NCBI GenBank assembly: GCA_035063585.1
Contig: JAPSGB010000012.1
Coordinates: 1-64,000 of the forward strand
DNA from: Polyangiaceae bacterium
Lineage (GTDB): Bacteria; Myxococcota_A; Polyangia; Polyangiales; Polyangiaceae
Length of the DNA stretch: 64,000 nucleotides
Reading direction: 5' to 3'
The notes beneath the pieces were generated by a model. The model did no database searches. It worked only from the letters and a program-made list of their open reading frames with translations, and had not been told where the DNA came from. A program made the translations under genes and the position numbers. Shown here piece after piece: positions 9,957 through 19,778 of this stretch. Positions within the stretch are counted from its first letter, which is position 1; every line of letters starts with the position of its first letter.

Positions 9957-10361
9957 ATGACGCCTAGCGAGAAGAACATCGTCAAATCGCTCATCGCGGT
10001 GGCCTGGGCCGACGGCAAGATGGAGGAGTCCGAGTCCGGCGTGATCGAGGGGCTGCTCTCCGGCTTCGACGCCAGCGATGCGGAGGAGGCGGAGCTGCTC
10101 GAGTACGCGCGTGAGCGGCGTTCGCTCGAGGCCGACATCCCGCTCGCCGCGCTCGGTCAGGAGGAGCGGGAGCTGCTCTTCGCGAACGCCGCGCTGCTCA
10201 CCCGGGCCGACGGCGAGGTCAGCGACGGCGAGTCCGCGCTGCTCGACGAGCTCGCCGAGCTGCTCGGGTTCTCCGCCGAGGACGCCGAGGCCCTCATCGA
10301 GTCGGTCGAGGACGGCGCGCTCAGGCTCGGAAACGACATCCTCGAGGAACGCGACGACTGA
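9957..10361 (+). CDS. TerB-family (tellurite-resistance-like) protein
   Basis: [15 protein letters not shown]...[22 protein letters not shown], a duplicated ADG motif. Confidence 0.8.
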   Translation: MTPSEKNIVKSLIAVAWADGKMEESESGVIEGLLSGFDASDAEEAELLEYARERRSLEADIPLAALGQEERELLFANAALLTRADGEVSDGESALLDELAELLGFSAEDAEALIESVEDGALRLGNDILEERDD

Positions 10362-10408
10362 GTCCCGCGGTTTTGACAGGCCGCGCGCGGCGAACTAGGA
10401 GCTCTGCC

Positions 10409-10900
10409 ATGTGGCGCGCTCTCGTGGTGCTCGTCCCCGCTCTCATACTCCCGGCGACCGCGTGTCGTCGCGTCCCCGAGCCGCCCTCGGCGGCGCGAAC
10501 TCCGGACTCGGCAGAGCCTGCCGCCCAGCCTGCGCCATCGCTCGCCGCGCCGTCGGCGACGGGCGCGAGCGTGGCGGCGGCGCTCGCGAGCCGCGACGTC
10601 AAGGTGGGTAAGGGCCGCGCAGCCAAGGACGGCGACACGGTGAAGGTTCACTACGTCGGCACGCTCCTCGACGGGACCAAGTTCGACAGCTCACGCGATC
10701 GGGACGAGCCGTTCGAGTTCAAGCTCGGTGCCGGCGGAGTGATTCGCGGCTGGGACGAGGGCGTGGTCGGCATGAAGATCGGCGGCGTCCGCAAGCTCAC
10801 CATCCCACCGAGCCTCGCCTACGGCGAGCGCGGCGCGCCCCCGAAGATCCCCCCGAACGCCACCCTCGAGTTCGAGATCGAGCTCATCTCGATCGAGTAG
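10409..10900 (+). CDS. FKBP-type peptidyl-prolyl isomerase, lipoprotein
   Basis: [49 protein letters not shown]; lipobox ATAC. Confidence 0.95.
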   Translation: MWRALVVLVPALILPATACRRVPEPPSAARTPDSAEPAAQPAPSLAAPSATGASVAAALASRDVKVGKGRAAKDGDTVKVHYVGTLLDGTKFDSSRDRDEPFEFKLGAGGVIRGWDEGVVGMKIGGVRKLTIPPSLAYGERGAPPKIPPNATLEFEIELISIE

Positions 10901-10917
10901 CTCGAGCGCCCCGCGCC

Positions 10918-11775
10918 TCAGCCGGCGAGCTTGACGAGACCATCGAGGCGCTGGAGCGCGAAGCGCTCGGTCGGGCCGAGCCGCTCGGAGTCCGCGCGGA
11001 GGCTCTCTACGTAGCGACGGAGCGCCGCGACGTCCACGCCGCGAATCTTCCTGAGCAGACTGTAGAGCTCATCGACCAGCGGCATGGGCAGCGGCGCGTG
11101 GCACGCCGTGTAGAGGCGCACCAGGTAGTCGATCCACGCGGCGCGGCCGAGCGCGGTCGCGAGCTTCAGCGCGTAGCCCGCGCCGAGCGCGCACGTCTCG
11201 GGGTTCGGCGCGCCGCCGTGCTCCGCGGCGACCAGGAGCGCCGCCAGGTGCCGGGCGAGCAGCCGTTCGGCCTCTACGCCGCGCCCGAGCGCGAGGGCCT
11301 TGTCGACCAGGCTGCCGAGCAGAGCGAAGGCGGCGTCGAGTCGCGCGCCATCATCGGAGCTCTCGAGCCCGGATGAGCCGTCGAACTCGAGCGTCCGCGC
11401 GTTGGTCGCGCTCTCGGGTCGTTCGAAGGTCGCCTCCTCGGCGATCACCAGCTCCGCGCCGCCGATCTCGAGCCGATCGCCGACGGCGAGCAGGGCCCGC
11501 CCGCGCACCTCGGAGCCATTCACCCGCGTCCCGTTGCGGCTCTCCAGATCCTCCACCGCGAGCCCGCCGCTCTCGAGCAGGAGCAGGACCGCGTGACGAC
11601 GCGAGATGAGCTCGCCCTCGATGACGATGTCCGCTGACGAGCCGCGCCCGATGAGCGTCTCGCGCCGAACGATGGCGAACGACGCGCCGCGGAAGCGGAC
11701 CACGTAGCCACCGCGCCGCCGCGCGCCGCTCGCTGGGGGGGCAGGCTTCGGGAAACTCACCGGTTTGCGACTCAT
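10918..11775 (-). CDS. FHA domain protein
   Basis: IGRGSSADI, ISRRHA, DLESRNGTRVNG. Confidence 0.88.
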   Translation of the reverse strand: MSRKPVSFPKPAPPASGARRRGGYVVRFRGASFAIVRRETLIGRGSSADIVIEGELISRRHAVLLLLESGGLAVEDLESRNGTRVNGSEVRGRALLAVGDRLEIGGAELVIAEEATFERPESATNARTLEFDGSSGLESSDDGARLDAAFALLGSLVDKALALGRGVEAERLLARHLAALLVAAEHGGAPNPETCALGAGYALKLATALGRAAWIDYLVRLYTACHAPLPMPLVDELYSLLRKIRGVDVAALRRYVESLRADSERLGPTERFALQRLDGLVKLAG

Positions 11776-12032
11776 CACCCCTCCCGGGTTCGTCTAACGG
11801 AAGTCGTGCGAGCCGTCCAGCCATACCGACCGGGCCGAGGTCACTCGAGTCGTCGGCGCGTCGATGGTCGGGGAGCGGCTTCGAGGCGCGGACGCGATGA
11901 GCCGTGCGGGATGCTCTCGATGCGTATCGTCTCACGAGATGTTGGGCCCGTGAGCCGAGACGGACGCGACGCCGTTCGGCGCAGCAGCGGGCGACGCCGG
12001 AGCCCGCGGCCCCGGCGTCGCGCGTCCTCTCG

Positions 12033-12359
12033 CTACTTGAGGATCTCGGTGAGCTTCTGGAGCTTCATTGCGAGCCCCATGTCGCCCTCGATCTTGAGCT
12101 TGCCGCCGAAGAAGAGTTGCTGGCCGTTGGCCTTGCCCTCGATCATGTCGACGTAGTCGCTAGCGGCCATCTTGATCGTGCACTGCGCGTCGCCGTCGCC
12201 CTCGGTGACTCCCGGGTTGTCCTTGAGGTTCAAGACCCAGGTGCCGCCGCCGTCGCCGCTCAGCACGAACTTGTACACGGCGCCGACCGTCTTCGCGGCC
12301 TCCTGGTTCGCCTCGATGTGGGTTGCGGCTTCCTTCATCTTCTCTGCGGCAGTCGCCAT
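12033..12359 (-). CDS. SCP2 sterol/lipid-binding domain protein
   Basis: GGTWVLNLKD...ANGQQLFFGGKLKIEGDMGLAMKL. Confidence 0.92.
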   Translation of the reverse strand: MATAAEKMKEAATHIEANQEAAKTVGAVYKFVLSGDGGGTWVLNLKDNPGVTEGDGDAQCTIKMAASDYVDMIEGKANGQQLFFGGKLKIEGDMGLAMKLQKLTEILK

Positions 12360-12452
12360 GTCGGACCTCTTCTCGGTTGGGGTGCTACTCATGCTGGGGA
12401 CTCGCGGTCCCCGCTCTCGTCGCCGGACACCACGCCCGGCGAGAAATCTTCG

Positions 12453-13232
12453 CTAGCCGTGTCCCGTGCGCGTCACGGGCTCGACCCGGCGCCACCGCTC
12501 GGCGGCTTCCATGAAGCGATGGTGTCGCGCCGTCCAGATCCATCGGACCAGGGCCCGGGCGCGCTCGGCGTCGCGCCGCGCCACCGCCTCCACCACGTGC
12601 TCGTAGCCCTCCGCGATGGTGCCGGGTGAGGCCCAGAGCGTCTCGAGCAGGTGCGTGTACTTGGCGAGCAGCCCGCGAACGCTGTTCATCACCAGGCGAG
12701 GGACGATGTTGTGCGCGGAGCCGACGAGCGCGACGTTGAAGTCGAAGTCGAGCCAGAACAGCCGCGAGAGGTTGACCTCGCCGCGCAGACGCTCCGCGAT
12801 GGCGCGGAGCTCGGCGAGCTCCGGCTCGGTGCGCCGCTCGGCCGCGAGCGCCGCGACCTCGGAGGCGAGGATCCAGGCGGACTCGAGCAGCTCCCCGAGC
12901 ACCTCGAAATCGACCACGCCGCCCTTCAGTACCAGGTACTCGAGGACGTCGAGGCTCGCGTGCTCGCTGTAGTCGAGCACCACCGTCCCGACGCCGGGGG
13001 TTCGCTCGACGAGCCGCATCTGCTCGAGCTGGTTTAGGGCCTCACGCACCGTGAAGCGGTTGACGTCGAGCAGCGCCGCGAGAGCCGGCTCGGGTGGCAG
13101 CTTGGAGCCTGGCGCGTGCGCGCCGGACAGGATCCGCTGCTTCAGCTCCTCGGCGACCTGCTCGGTGAGCGTGCGCTTGTGCGTCGCGGCCCTCACGCGG
13201 GCCTTATAGAACGCGCTCGGAGCCGCGCTCAA
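12453..13232 (-). CDS. GntR/FadR-family transcriptional regulator
   Basis: PGSKLPPEPALAALLDVNRFTVREAL wHTH plus an FCD-like C-terminus; TTG start. Confidence 0.9.
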   Translation of the reverse strand: MSAAPSAFYKARVRAATHKRTLTEQVAEELKQRILSGAHAPGSKLPPEPALAALLDVNRFTVREALNQLEQMRLVERTPGVGTVVLDYSEHASLDVLEYLVLKGGVVDFEVLGELLESAWILASEVAALAAERRTEPELAELRAIAERLRGEVNLSRLFWLDFDFNVALVGSAHNIVPRLVMNSVRGLLAKYTHLLETLWASPGTIAEGYEHVVEAVARRDAERARALVRWIWTARHHRFMEAAERWRRVEPVTRTGHG

Positions 13233-13236
13233 GCAA

Positions 13237-13249
13237 ATTGTTGGACAAT
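13237..13249. promoter_or_regulatory. putative FadR/GntR operator ATTGT-TGG-ACAAT
   Basis: AT-rich inverted repeat 4 nt upstream of the GntR start codon; it has the TGT-N-ACA form typical of GntR-family boxes. Confidence 0.6.
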
Positions 13250-13335
13250 CGGCTCGCGCGGTTCCGCGCCGCTACAAACAAGAAAAACGAGGAAAATCCG
13301 AGGACTTGCCTCGCTCGGGCGCTTCGCGCGGCAGG

Positions 13336-13587
13336 TTACTGCGCCGGCGGGGTGCTGGTACCGGCGTCGTCGGTGGTGGTCGCGGTCGGCGCGGGGGGCG
13401 CGCTCTTCAGGCGGGGCGGGCCGACCGGAGCGGTCGCCGTCGCCGTCGCGGTCGTCGAGCCGCTCGGCGTTGCGGTCGCGGTGGCGGGCGGCGCGGGCGC
13501 GTCCGCCGGCCGCGTGTTTTCGATGATGCAGCCGCCCAGGGCCACGGCGACTGGGAGCGCGAACGAGAGACCGATTCGAAGGTTCAT
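13336..13587 (-). CDS. small Pro/Thr/Ala-rich lipoprotein
   Basis: MNLRIGLSFALPVAVALGGC lipobox; low-complexity mature part. Confidence 0.6.
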   Translation of the reverse strand: MNLRIGLSFALPVAVALGGCIIENTRPADAPAPPATATATPSGSTTATATATAPVGPPRLKSAPPAPTATTTDDAGTSTPPAQ

Positions 13588-13712
13588 GGCAAGACTTCCT
13601 CGCTTGGCTGAGACGACGCCGAGCTTATCTTCATTCACGCCCCGCGGCGAGCCCGGTAAAAAGAGTCGTACGCGCGCGGAGGGCAGGCTCTTCCCGCGGC
13701 TAGAGGCCGGAA

Positions 13713-14519
13713 ATGCTCGTCGACACCCACTGCCATCTGGACCCGGACAACGCGAGCGAGGGCCCGGGCCCGATCCTCGAGCGTGCCCGGGCCGCCGGGG
13801 TGGGCGCGTTCGTGTGCGTCGGGGTCGGAGGCGTCGAGCCTGCGCGCCACGCGGTCGCGCTGGCGCAGCGTCGCGCGGACGTGGTCGCGGCGGTCGGCGT
13901 GCACCCGCATGACGCCGCGAGCTGGGACGACGCGCTCGAGGACGCGCTTCGACGGCTCTGCTCCGAACCGCGCGTGGTCGCGGTCGGAGAGGTGGGGCTC
14001 GACTACCACTACGAACACTCGCCTCGCGAGGTTCAGCGCGCGGTGTTCCGGCGCTTCATCGCTCTCGCGCGCGAGCTCGGAAGGCCGCTCGTGATCCACA
14101 CGCGGAGCGCCGCCGCCGACACGCTCGCGCTGCTCGAGCAAGAGCGCGCTCGCGACGTGGGCGGCGTCATCCACTGCTTCAGCGAGAATCGAGAGTTTGC
14201 CCGGCGCGCGCTCGAGCTCGGCTTCGATCTGTCGTTCTCCGGCATCGTCACCTTCAAGAACGCGACCGCCATCCACGAGGTGGCCCGGTGGGTGCCCGAG
14301 GATCGCTTCCTGGTCGAGACGGACAGCCCGTACCTCGCGCCGGTGCCTCTGCGCGGCAAGCGCTGCGAGCCCGCGTACGTCGTGCACACGGCGGCGCGAG
14401 TGGCCGCGCTCCGCGGGGTGAGCCTCGAGCGGGTGGCGGCGCTCAGCACCACGAACGCCTGCCGGCGTTTCGGGGCGCCGCTGGCGGAGGCCGTCGGGTT
14501 GGCTCAGACTCCGAGTTGA
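13713..14519 (+). CDS. tatD: TatD family deoxyribonuclease
   Basis: DTHCHL, VGVHPH, GEVGLDY, IHTR, HCFS, ETDSPYLAP. Confidence 0.95.
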   Translation: MLVDTHCHLDPDNASEGPGPILERARAAGVGAFVCVGVGGVEPARHAVALAQRRADVVAAVGVHPHDAASWDDALEDALRRLCSEPRVVAVGEVGLDYHYEHSPREVQRAVFRRFIALARELGRPLVIHTRSAAADTLALLEQERARDVGGVIHCFSENREFARRALELGFDLSFSGIVTFKNATAIHEVARWVPEDRFLVETDSPYLAPVPLRGKRCEPAYVVHTAARVAALRGVSLERVAALSTTNACRRFGAPLAEAVGLAQTPS

Positions 14520-15850
14520 TGCGGGCGGCGGCGTGGATCGGCGGACCAGGGGCGCTCACCGCCTCGGTGCTGGTCCACGTGGCCGGGCTCGGCGCCGGAG
14601 CGTGGCTGCTCGCGCGGTCGCTCGCGAGGGAGCCCGCTCAGGCGCGTCCGGCAGAGATCGAGGTGACGCTCGCCGGCGGCGCCGTCGAGCTGCCGAGCAT
14701 GAACGGCGCCGCCGTTCAGGGCCCGCGCGCGCGCGAGCCCGAGCTCGACGCGCCGCCGCTCGCGCCGGGCGGCGGCGAGGCCATCGCGCGCCCCGACGCG
14801 CCGCGCGCGGGCCGCGGCGGCACCGACACCGCTTCGGCGCCCGCGCTGAACCTCGCTGATCGAGACGACGGGCTGACGCTCGAGCGTGATCCGCTGAGCC
14901 ACCTCGACCGAAGTCAGCTCGGCAGGCTCCGCACCTCACGCGAGCGCGCGAGCCTCGACGATCGACGCGCGACGCCGCATCCGATGGAGCTCACCTTCGT
15001 GACGACCGGCGCGGGCGAGCGCGCGACGCGGCTCGTCGCCGCGCGCTTCGATCCCTCGCGCGGCTCGCTAGCGGGTGCGCTCCCGTCGACGCTCGGCGCT
15101 CACCCGGGGCGCGCCCCGGAGGAGGCGGGGAGCGGCCCGGAGCCGGAGGCGGGCGGCGCGCCGGGCAGCGGCGAGCGCGCGGTGTCGGCTGCGGGCGTCA
15201 TCGACGGCGCGCGCGGCCGCGAGCACCGGCGGAGCGCGACCGTGACGCTCGCGCGGCCCTGGGTGCCGCGCGCGCGCGCCGCGGTGCCTGCGCTCCGGCG
15301 GGCGTCGCCGGCCGACACCGTCGACAGTGACGAGGAGGTGTCGAGCGCGGTCCGCTCGCTCCTCCACGCGAGCACCGCCGGCGGCCGCGCCGGCAGCGGG
15401 CCCGGGGGCCAGACCGCGCCGCGCGCGCCCGGCAGCGGCGCGGTCGCGGGGCAGGGCTCGCGCTCGACCCCGGTGGGCACGGGTCCGGGAGCGCTCCGCG
15501 ATCCGAGCCGCGATCCGCGCGCGACCGGCTACTTTCGCGCGGTCGAACGCCAGCTCGAGCCGTACTGGCGCGACGCGTTTCCCGAGTGGGCGGTGAGCGC
15601 GGGGCGTGGAGGTGTCGCCGTGGTCGGTTTCACCATCGCCGCGAGCGGTGCGGTCGGTGGGCTCCGGCTGGTCCGAACGAGCGGCGTGGCAGAGTTCGAT
15701 CGGAACGTGATGACGGCGATCGAGCGCGCCGCGCCGTTCGGGCCGCTGCCAGCGCTCCTTGGCCCGGGCCCGCTCACGCTCCGCGTCGCGTTCGACGCCA
15801 CGAACCCCGCGGTCGGCCGCGACGGCCCGGGGAGCGGTCGCGGCCGGTGA
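14519..15850 (+). CDS. TonB C-terminal domain protein
   Basis: N-terminal TM with SVLVH, a long disordered linker, and C-terminal VVGFTIAASGAV...SGVAEFDRNVMTAIERAAPFGPLP. The ATG overlaps the tatD TGA. Confidence 0.8.
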   Translation: MRAAAWIGGPGALTASVLVHVAGLGAGAWLLARSLAREPAQARPAEIEVTLAGGAVELPSMNGAAVQGPRAREPELDAPPLAPGGGEAIARPDAPRAGRGGTDTASAPALNLADRDDGLTLERDPLSHLDRSQLGRLRTSRERASLDDRRATPHPMELTFVTTGAGERATRLVAARFDPSRGSLAGALPSTLGAHPGRAPEEAGSGPEPEAGGAPGSGERAVSAAGVIDGARGREHRRSATVTLARPWVPRARAAVPALRRASPADTVDSDEEVSSAVRSLLHASTAGGRAGSGPGGQTAPRAPGSGAVAGQGSRSTPVGTGPGALRDPSRDPRATGYFRAVERQLEPYWRDAFPEWAVSAGRGGVAVVGFTIAASGAVGGLRLVRTSGVAEFDRNVMTAIERAAPFGPLPALLGPGPLTLRVAFDATNPAVGRDGPGSGRGR

Positions 15851-15881
15851 CTCGGCTGGAAGCCGAGTGACGTGGACGCGC

Positions 15882-15911
15882 TTGACAGCCCCTGCGTCGG
15901 GCCATCATATT
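15882..15911 (+). promoter_or_regulatory. sigma70-like promoter of tRNA(CAT)
   Basis: TTGACA (15882-15887)-N18-CATATT, 11 nt upstream of the tRNA. Confidence 0.6.
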
Positions 15912-15922
15912 CCCGCCCCTTC

Positions 15923-15999
15923 GCCGAAGTAGCTCAGCCGGTTAGAGCACGCGCTTCATAAGCGCGGAGTCGTCGGTTCAAGTCCGACCTTCGGCACCA
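15923..15999 (+). tRNA. tRNA with CAT anticodon, probably elongator tRNA-Met
   Basis: Acceptor GCCGAAG/CTTCGGC, D arm AGCTCAGCCGGTTAGAGC, anticodon arm CGCGC-TTCATAA-GCGCG, T loop GGTTCAAGTCC, encoded CCA. G1:C72 is paired, so it is not fMet; Ile2 is not excluded. Confidence 0.93.
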
Positions 16000-18900
16000 C
16001 GGCGGCCTCGCACGCGTCGTCGGCGCCGCGCCGCGGCCGCGAGCGGCGCCAAGGCGAGCGCCCAGGCGAGCCGACCGCTGCGCGAGCCGGGGACCGCGCA
16101 GCCGCACCCGCCGCCTTCGGCCGAGAGTGTCGCGTTCGTGGGAGGGACGCCGCCGTCCGTCTCGGCGATGACGCACTTCCCCTCGTCGTCCACCTCGAGC
16201 GGCGCGGCGGCGCCGCGCAGCGTGCCTTGCTCGAGCGGCGTGGTGAGACTGCCGGTGTTGCGGTTGTCGTGGTGGTAGCTCTCCCACGAGATGGTGCCCT
16301 TGGTGCTCCCCTCGGTGTGCCAGGCGTAGAGCCAGCCCGAGCGGCTGTTCACCACCACCTCGAGCGATTCGTCGCCGTCGAGATCCCCCACCGCGGTGGT
16401 CGCGATGATCCACTGACCGGTGAACTTCGGCCAGCCGGCGGGCTCTCGGCCGCACGCGTCCGCCGCGTGAACGTAGTATCCGCCGCTCCCGGTGAGTGTC
16501 TCCGGGTAGCCGTCGCCGGAGATGTCGGCGATCGCCTGATTGTTGAAGAAGGTGAAGTCCTCGATCACGACCGGGCTCCCGGGGAGCATCGCTCCGGTCT
16601 TGCCGCTCCACATGGCGAGGAGCATCTGCGAGAGCTTGTTGGCGTCTCCGCCCTTCACGAGCAAGGACTGCGCGGCGCTCAGCGAGGTCCCCGAGGTGGT
16701 GATGTCGGGGATGCCGTCCTGATCGAGGTCGCCGGCAGCCGGCTGGGCGAAGAGCGGGAACATGACGTCGGGCGTCACCGCCTTCGAGTCGGCGCCGAAG
16801 ATCCCGGTGGGCCAGAGCCCGCGCGCCGTCTCGCTCGGATCGTTCGGGTCCGGGTGCTCCGGCATCGACTTGGGGGGCGCCGAGAAGTTCACCTGCGCGC
16901 CCGGATCGGTCGGCACGATGAGCGGCGCGCTGGCGTTGCCGTGCATGATCGCCTCGGGGACGCCGTCACCGTCGAGGTCCGCCGCGATGGGCGAGTTGCC
17001 GACGCCCTCCGAGACGAGCGGGAAGATGTGGAAGGAGATCATGCGAATCGGCCAGTTCTTCATCTCCTTCTGGGTCTTGCCGTCGATGAGGTGGAACGCG
17101 CCGCCGCCCGCCCCGCCGCCGAGCTTCTCGTTCGAGCCGACCAGGATGTCGGGGACACCGTCGCGGTTGAAGTCGGTCACCGCCGGCGTGGAGAGGATCC
17201 GGTTGGTCTCCTTGGCGTCGGACGCGTGGATCGCGATCGGCCACCCGGCGAGCGGGAGGCCCTTGCCCGAGATGACGTACACGAACCCATCGAAGGCGGC
17301 CTGCACGACGTCGAGGGTGCCGTCCCCGTCGAGATCGGCGAGGACCGGGCTCGCGAACGCGCCGCGGTCGATGATCGACGACTCGCTCATGCACTGCGCC
17401 GCGCCGTCGGGCGGCGTCCTGTCCGGCTGACACGACGGGACGTCGGGGAGCCGCACCGGGAAGCCGGAGAGCGCGGCGCCATCAGCGCCGACCGCGTAGA
17501 TGGTGCCGCTGTAGGTGGTGAACACGATGTCCGGCTTGCCATCGCCGTCCACGTCGCCGATCGCCGGGCTCGCCACGATCGCCTCGCGCGCCGGGTCGGT
17601 GTCGACGCCGTCGGCGGCCGAGTAGCCCGGGGCCGCCCGGTGATCGGGGCGCGTGGCGTCGCCGTCGAGCCCGTCGAGCGGCTTCGCCTTGAACGGGAAG
17701 CCGTCGAGCTCGACCGGCTTGCCGGTCTTCATCGAGTACACGTGGAGCTTGCCGTCCGAGGTGCCCACCACGATTTCACGGACCCCATCGCCGTCGAGAT
17801 CGGCAAGCTTCGGGCTCGACTCGCCCGATGACCCGAGGAAGATCGGAAAACCGCTCACGAGGTCGGGGTCCTTGTGCACGTAGTACGCGCGCCGGAGCTC
17901 GCCGGGCACGTCTCCGATCGAGCCGCCGTAGTGCGCCACCGCGCGGACGCGAACCGTGATGGTGAAGTCGTTCTCACCGTGCGGGCTGTCGCGATCCCGA
18001 GGGTGGGTCACGTCGATCGAGCGGACGTCGAATTGCGCGAGCGGGGCCTCGGCGCCGGAGACCACGCTGCTCGGGACGTTCTTCAGCTCGCTGATGGTCT
18101 TGAAGTCCTGAGCGAGGGGCTGCACGCCGGGCGCCCACTCCACCACGTAGTCGTAGGAGGTCGCGCGTTTCGCGCTCACGGTCCCCATGATGGGCACCGG
18201 CGCGGTGAGCTGCTCGGGATAGAGCACGTCGTACCAATGGGGTCGCACGATGTCGACGTCGGGCGGGATCTTGCCGTCCCGGACCCACTCCACCGCGGCG
18301 TTCGCGTTGGTTCGACCGTAGCCGAAACGTTGATCGAAGCCCGGCTGCGACCAGGCGATGGGCGAGCCCGGAGCGCGGGAGGCGGCGACGTCGATGTCGT
18401 CGGCGGTCATCTGAAAGAGCTGGAGCACCTCGCCGGCGCTGAGCGGCGGGGTGAGCGAGACCTTTCGACCCATCGAGTAGACGAGGCCGGAGAGCCCGGC
18501 GAGGTTCCCGGTCGCCTCGCTCGAGCACGGGTCACCGGTCGTCGAGAGCAGGTTATGCGCGCCGTAGTTCGAGCAGGTGTTGAACCCGACGAAGCTGGTC
18601 GCGGTCGTGCTCTGGGGATCGGTGCCGAGCATCGCGATCGCGTGGACGGGCATGGTGTGGTTGGCGGTCGCCGGGACGTTGGCGTGGCGCGCGTTCTCGT
18701 CGGCCATGCTCGCCACCACCACCGCGCCCTTCTTCCACGCGTAGTCAAGCGCTCCCTGCGCGAACGCCGACATGTTGATGGTGCCGAGCGCCTCCTGGAT
18801 GACGCTCGCCCCGTTGTCCGCGGCGTATACCGTCGCCGCCGCGAAGAGCTGACCATCGGCGATGAAGCTGTCGCCCACGCGCAGCGGAACGAACCGGCAG

Positions 18901-19736
18901 ACCGGGCAGATCCCGGCCATACCTATCGCGTTGTTGGTCGCCGCGGTCGAGTCCTTCGCCTCGCCGGTGCCGTGCCCGTAGCGCGTGTCGTCGTACGGGT
19001 CATTGTCGTTCTTCATGAAATCCCAGCCGGAAATGTCGTCGACGTAGCCGTTGCCGTCGTCGTCGATGCCGTCCGAGAAGATCTTGCTGCCGCCCGCGTC
19101 GCGCATCCCGATGAGATCACCCGCGTCGAGCACGCCGTTCCGGTTGTAGTCGCCTTTCGGGTGGCCGCCGTCCGCCTCGGGGACGAGGTAGGGCGTGTCC
19201 GCGTAGTCGGCGATGGTGAGGATGCCGTCGCCGTTGCAGTCGAAGTGATCGACGGTCGGCGCGGCAGGGTCGAGCGGCGCGCACGGCGAGCCGTCGGCCT
19301 GGAGCGGCAGGTGCGTCGCGAGCTCGCGGCGGTTCAGGTGCGCCTTCTGGAGCAGGTCGGAATTTTCCCACTCGATCCCGGAGTCGAGCACCGCGATGAG
19401 CACGCGGTCGTCGCCGGTGGTGAGGCGCCACGCCATGTCGACCGCCATACCGGACGAGGTCTCGCCCGGGCTGAGCGGTGGCGCGCCCGGCGAGCGATCC
19501 GGGATGAACGAGTAGAGCTCCCACTGCCCGGTCTTGCGGGTCTTGGCGTCGCCGGCCACGTAGCCGTAGTCCGGATCGTTCGGCCAGTTCTCGGGGAGCT
19601 TCAGCGTGTCCGGGGTCGCTGACTCGGGCGGCGGCCAGCCCGCCGCGACGTCGCGCGGGGCGAGCACGAAGAGGAGCGAGACGAGCGCGAGGAGGGCGGC
19701 GAAGCTTGCGCGGTGACGGCGGGGGGGCGAGGGCAT
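15978..19736 (-). CDS. S8 subtilase with FG-GAP/VCBS repeats and MYXO-CTERM sorting signal
   Basis: Signal peptide; IAVLDSG (Asp), HGTGEA (His), CSSEATG (Ser); many DxDGDG repeats; C-terminal GGGCGC-hydrophobic-RRRRR. Confidence 0.88.
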   Translation of the reverse strand: MPSPPRRHRASFAALLALVSLLFVLAPRDVAAGWPPPESATPDTLKLPENWPNDPDYGYVAGDAKTRKTGQWELYSFIPDRSPGAPPLSPGETSSGMAVDMAWRLTTGDDRVLIAVLDSGIEWENSDLLQKAHLNRRELATHLPLQADGSPCAPLDPAAPTVDHFDCNGDGILTIADYADTPYLVPEADGGHPKGDYNRNGVLDAGDLIGMRDAGGSKIFSDGIDDDGNGYVDDISGWDFMKNDNDPYDDTRYGHGTGEAKDSTAATNNAIGMAGICPVCRFVPLRVGDSFIADGQLFAAATVYAADNGASVIQEALGTINMSAFAQGALDYAWKKGAVVVASMADENARHANVPATANHTMPVHAIAMLGTDPQSTTATSFVGFNTCSNYGAHNLLSTTGDPCSSEATGNLAGLSGLVYSMGRKVSLTPPLSAGEVLQLFQMTADDIDVAASRAPGSPIAWSQPGFDQRFGYGRTNANAAVEWVRDGKIPPDVDIVRPHWYDVLYPEQLTAPVPIMGTVSAKRATSYDYVVEWAPGVQPLAQDFKTISELKNVPSSVVSGAEAPLAQFDVRSIDVTHPRDRDSPHGENDFTITVRVRAVAHYGGSIGDVPGELRRAYYVHKDPDLVSGFPIFLGSSGESSPKLADLDGDGVREIVVGTSDGKLHVYSMKTGKPVELDGFPFKAKPLDGLDGDATRPDHRAAPGYSAADGVDTDPAREAIVASPAIGDVDGDGKPDIVFTTYSGTIYAVGADGAALSGFPVRLPDVPSCQPDRTPPDGAAQCMSESSIIDRGAFASPVLADLDGDGTLDVVQAAFDGFVYVISGKGLPLAGWPIAIHASDAKETNRILSTPAVTDFNRDGVPDILVGSNEKLGGGAGGGAFHLIDGKTQKEMKNWPIRMISFHIFPLVSEGVGNSPIAADLDGDGVPEAIMHGNASAPLIVPTDPGAQVNFSAPPKSMPEHPDPNDPSETARGLWPTGIFGADSKAVTPDVMFPLFAQPAAGDLDQDGIPDITTSGTSLSAAQSLLVKGGDANKLSQMLLAMWSGKTGAMLPGSPVVIEDFTFFNNQAIADISGDGYPETLTGSGGYYVHAADACGREPAGWPKFTGQWIIATTAVGDLDGDESLEVVVNSRSGWLYAWHTEGSTKGTISWESYHHDNRNTGSLTTPLEQGTLRGAAAPLEVDDEGKCVIAETDGGVPPTNATLSAEGGGCGCAVPGSRSGRLAWALALAPLAAAARRRRRVRGRRGAEGRT

Positions 19737-19778
19737 CACCCGCGCGAGCCTAGCATTTCCAGGCTCGCCGTCGCCGCG

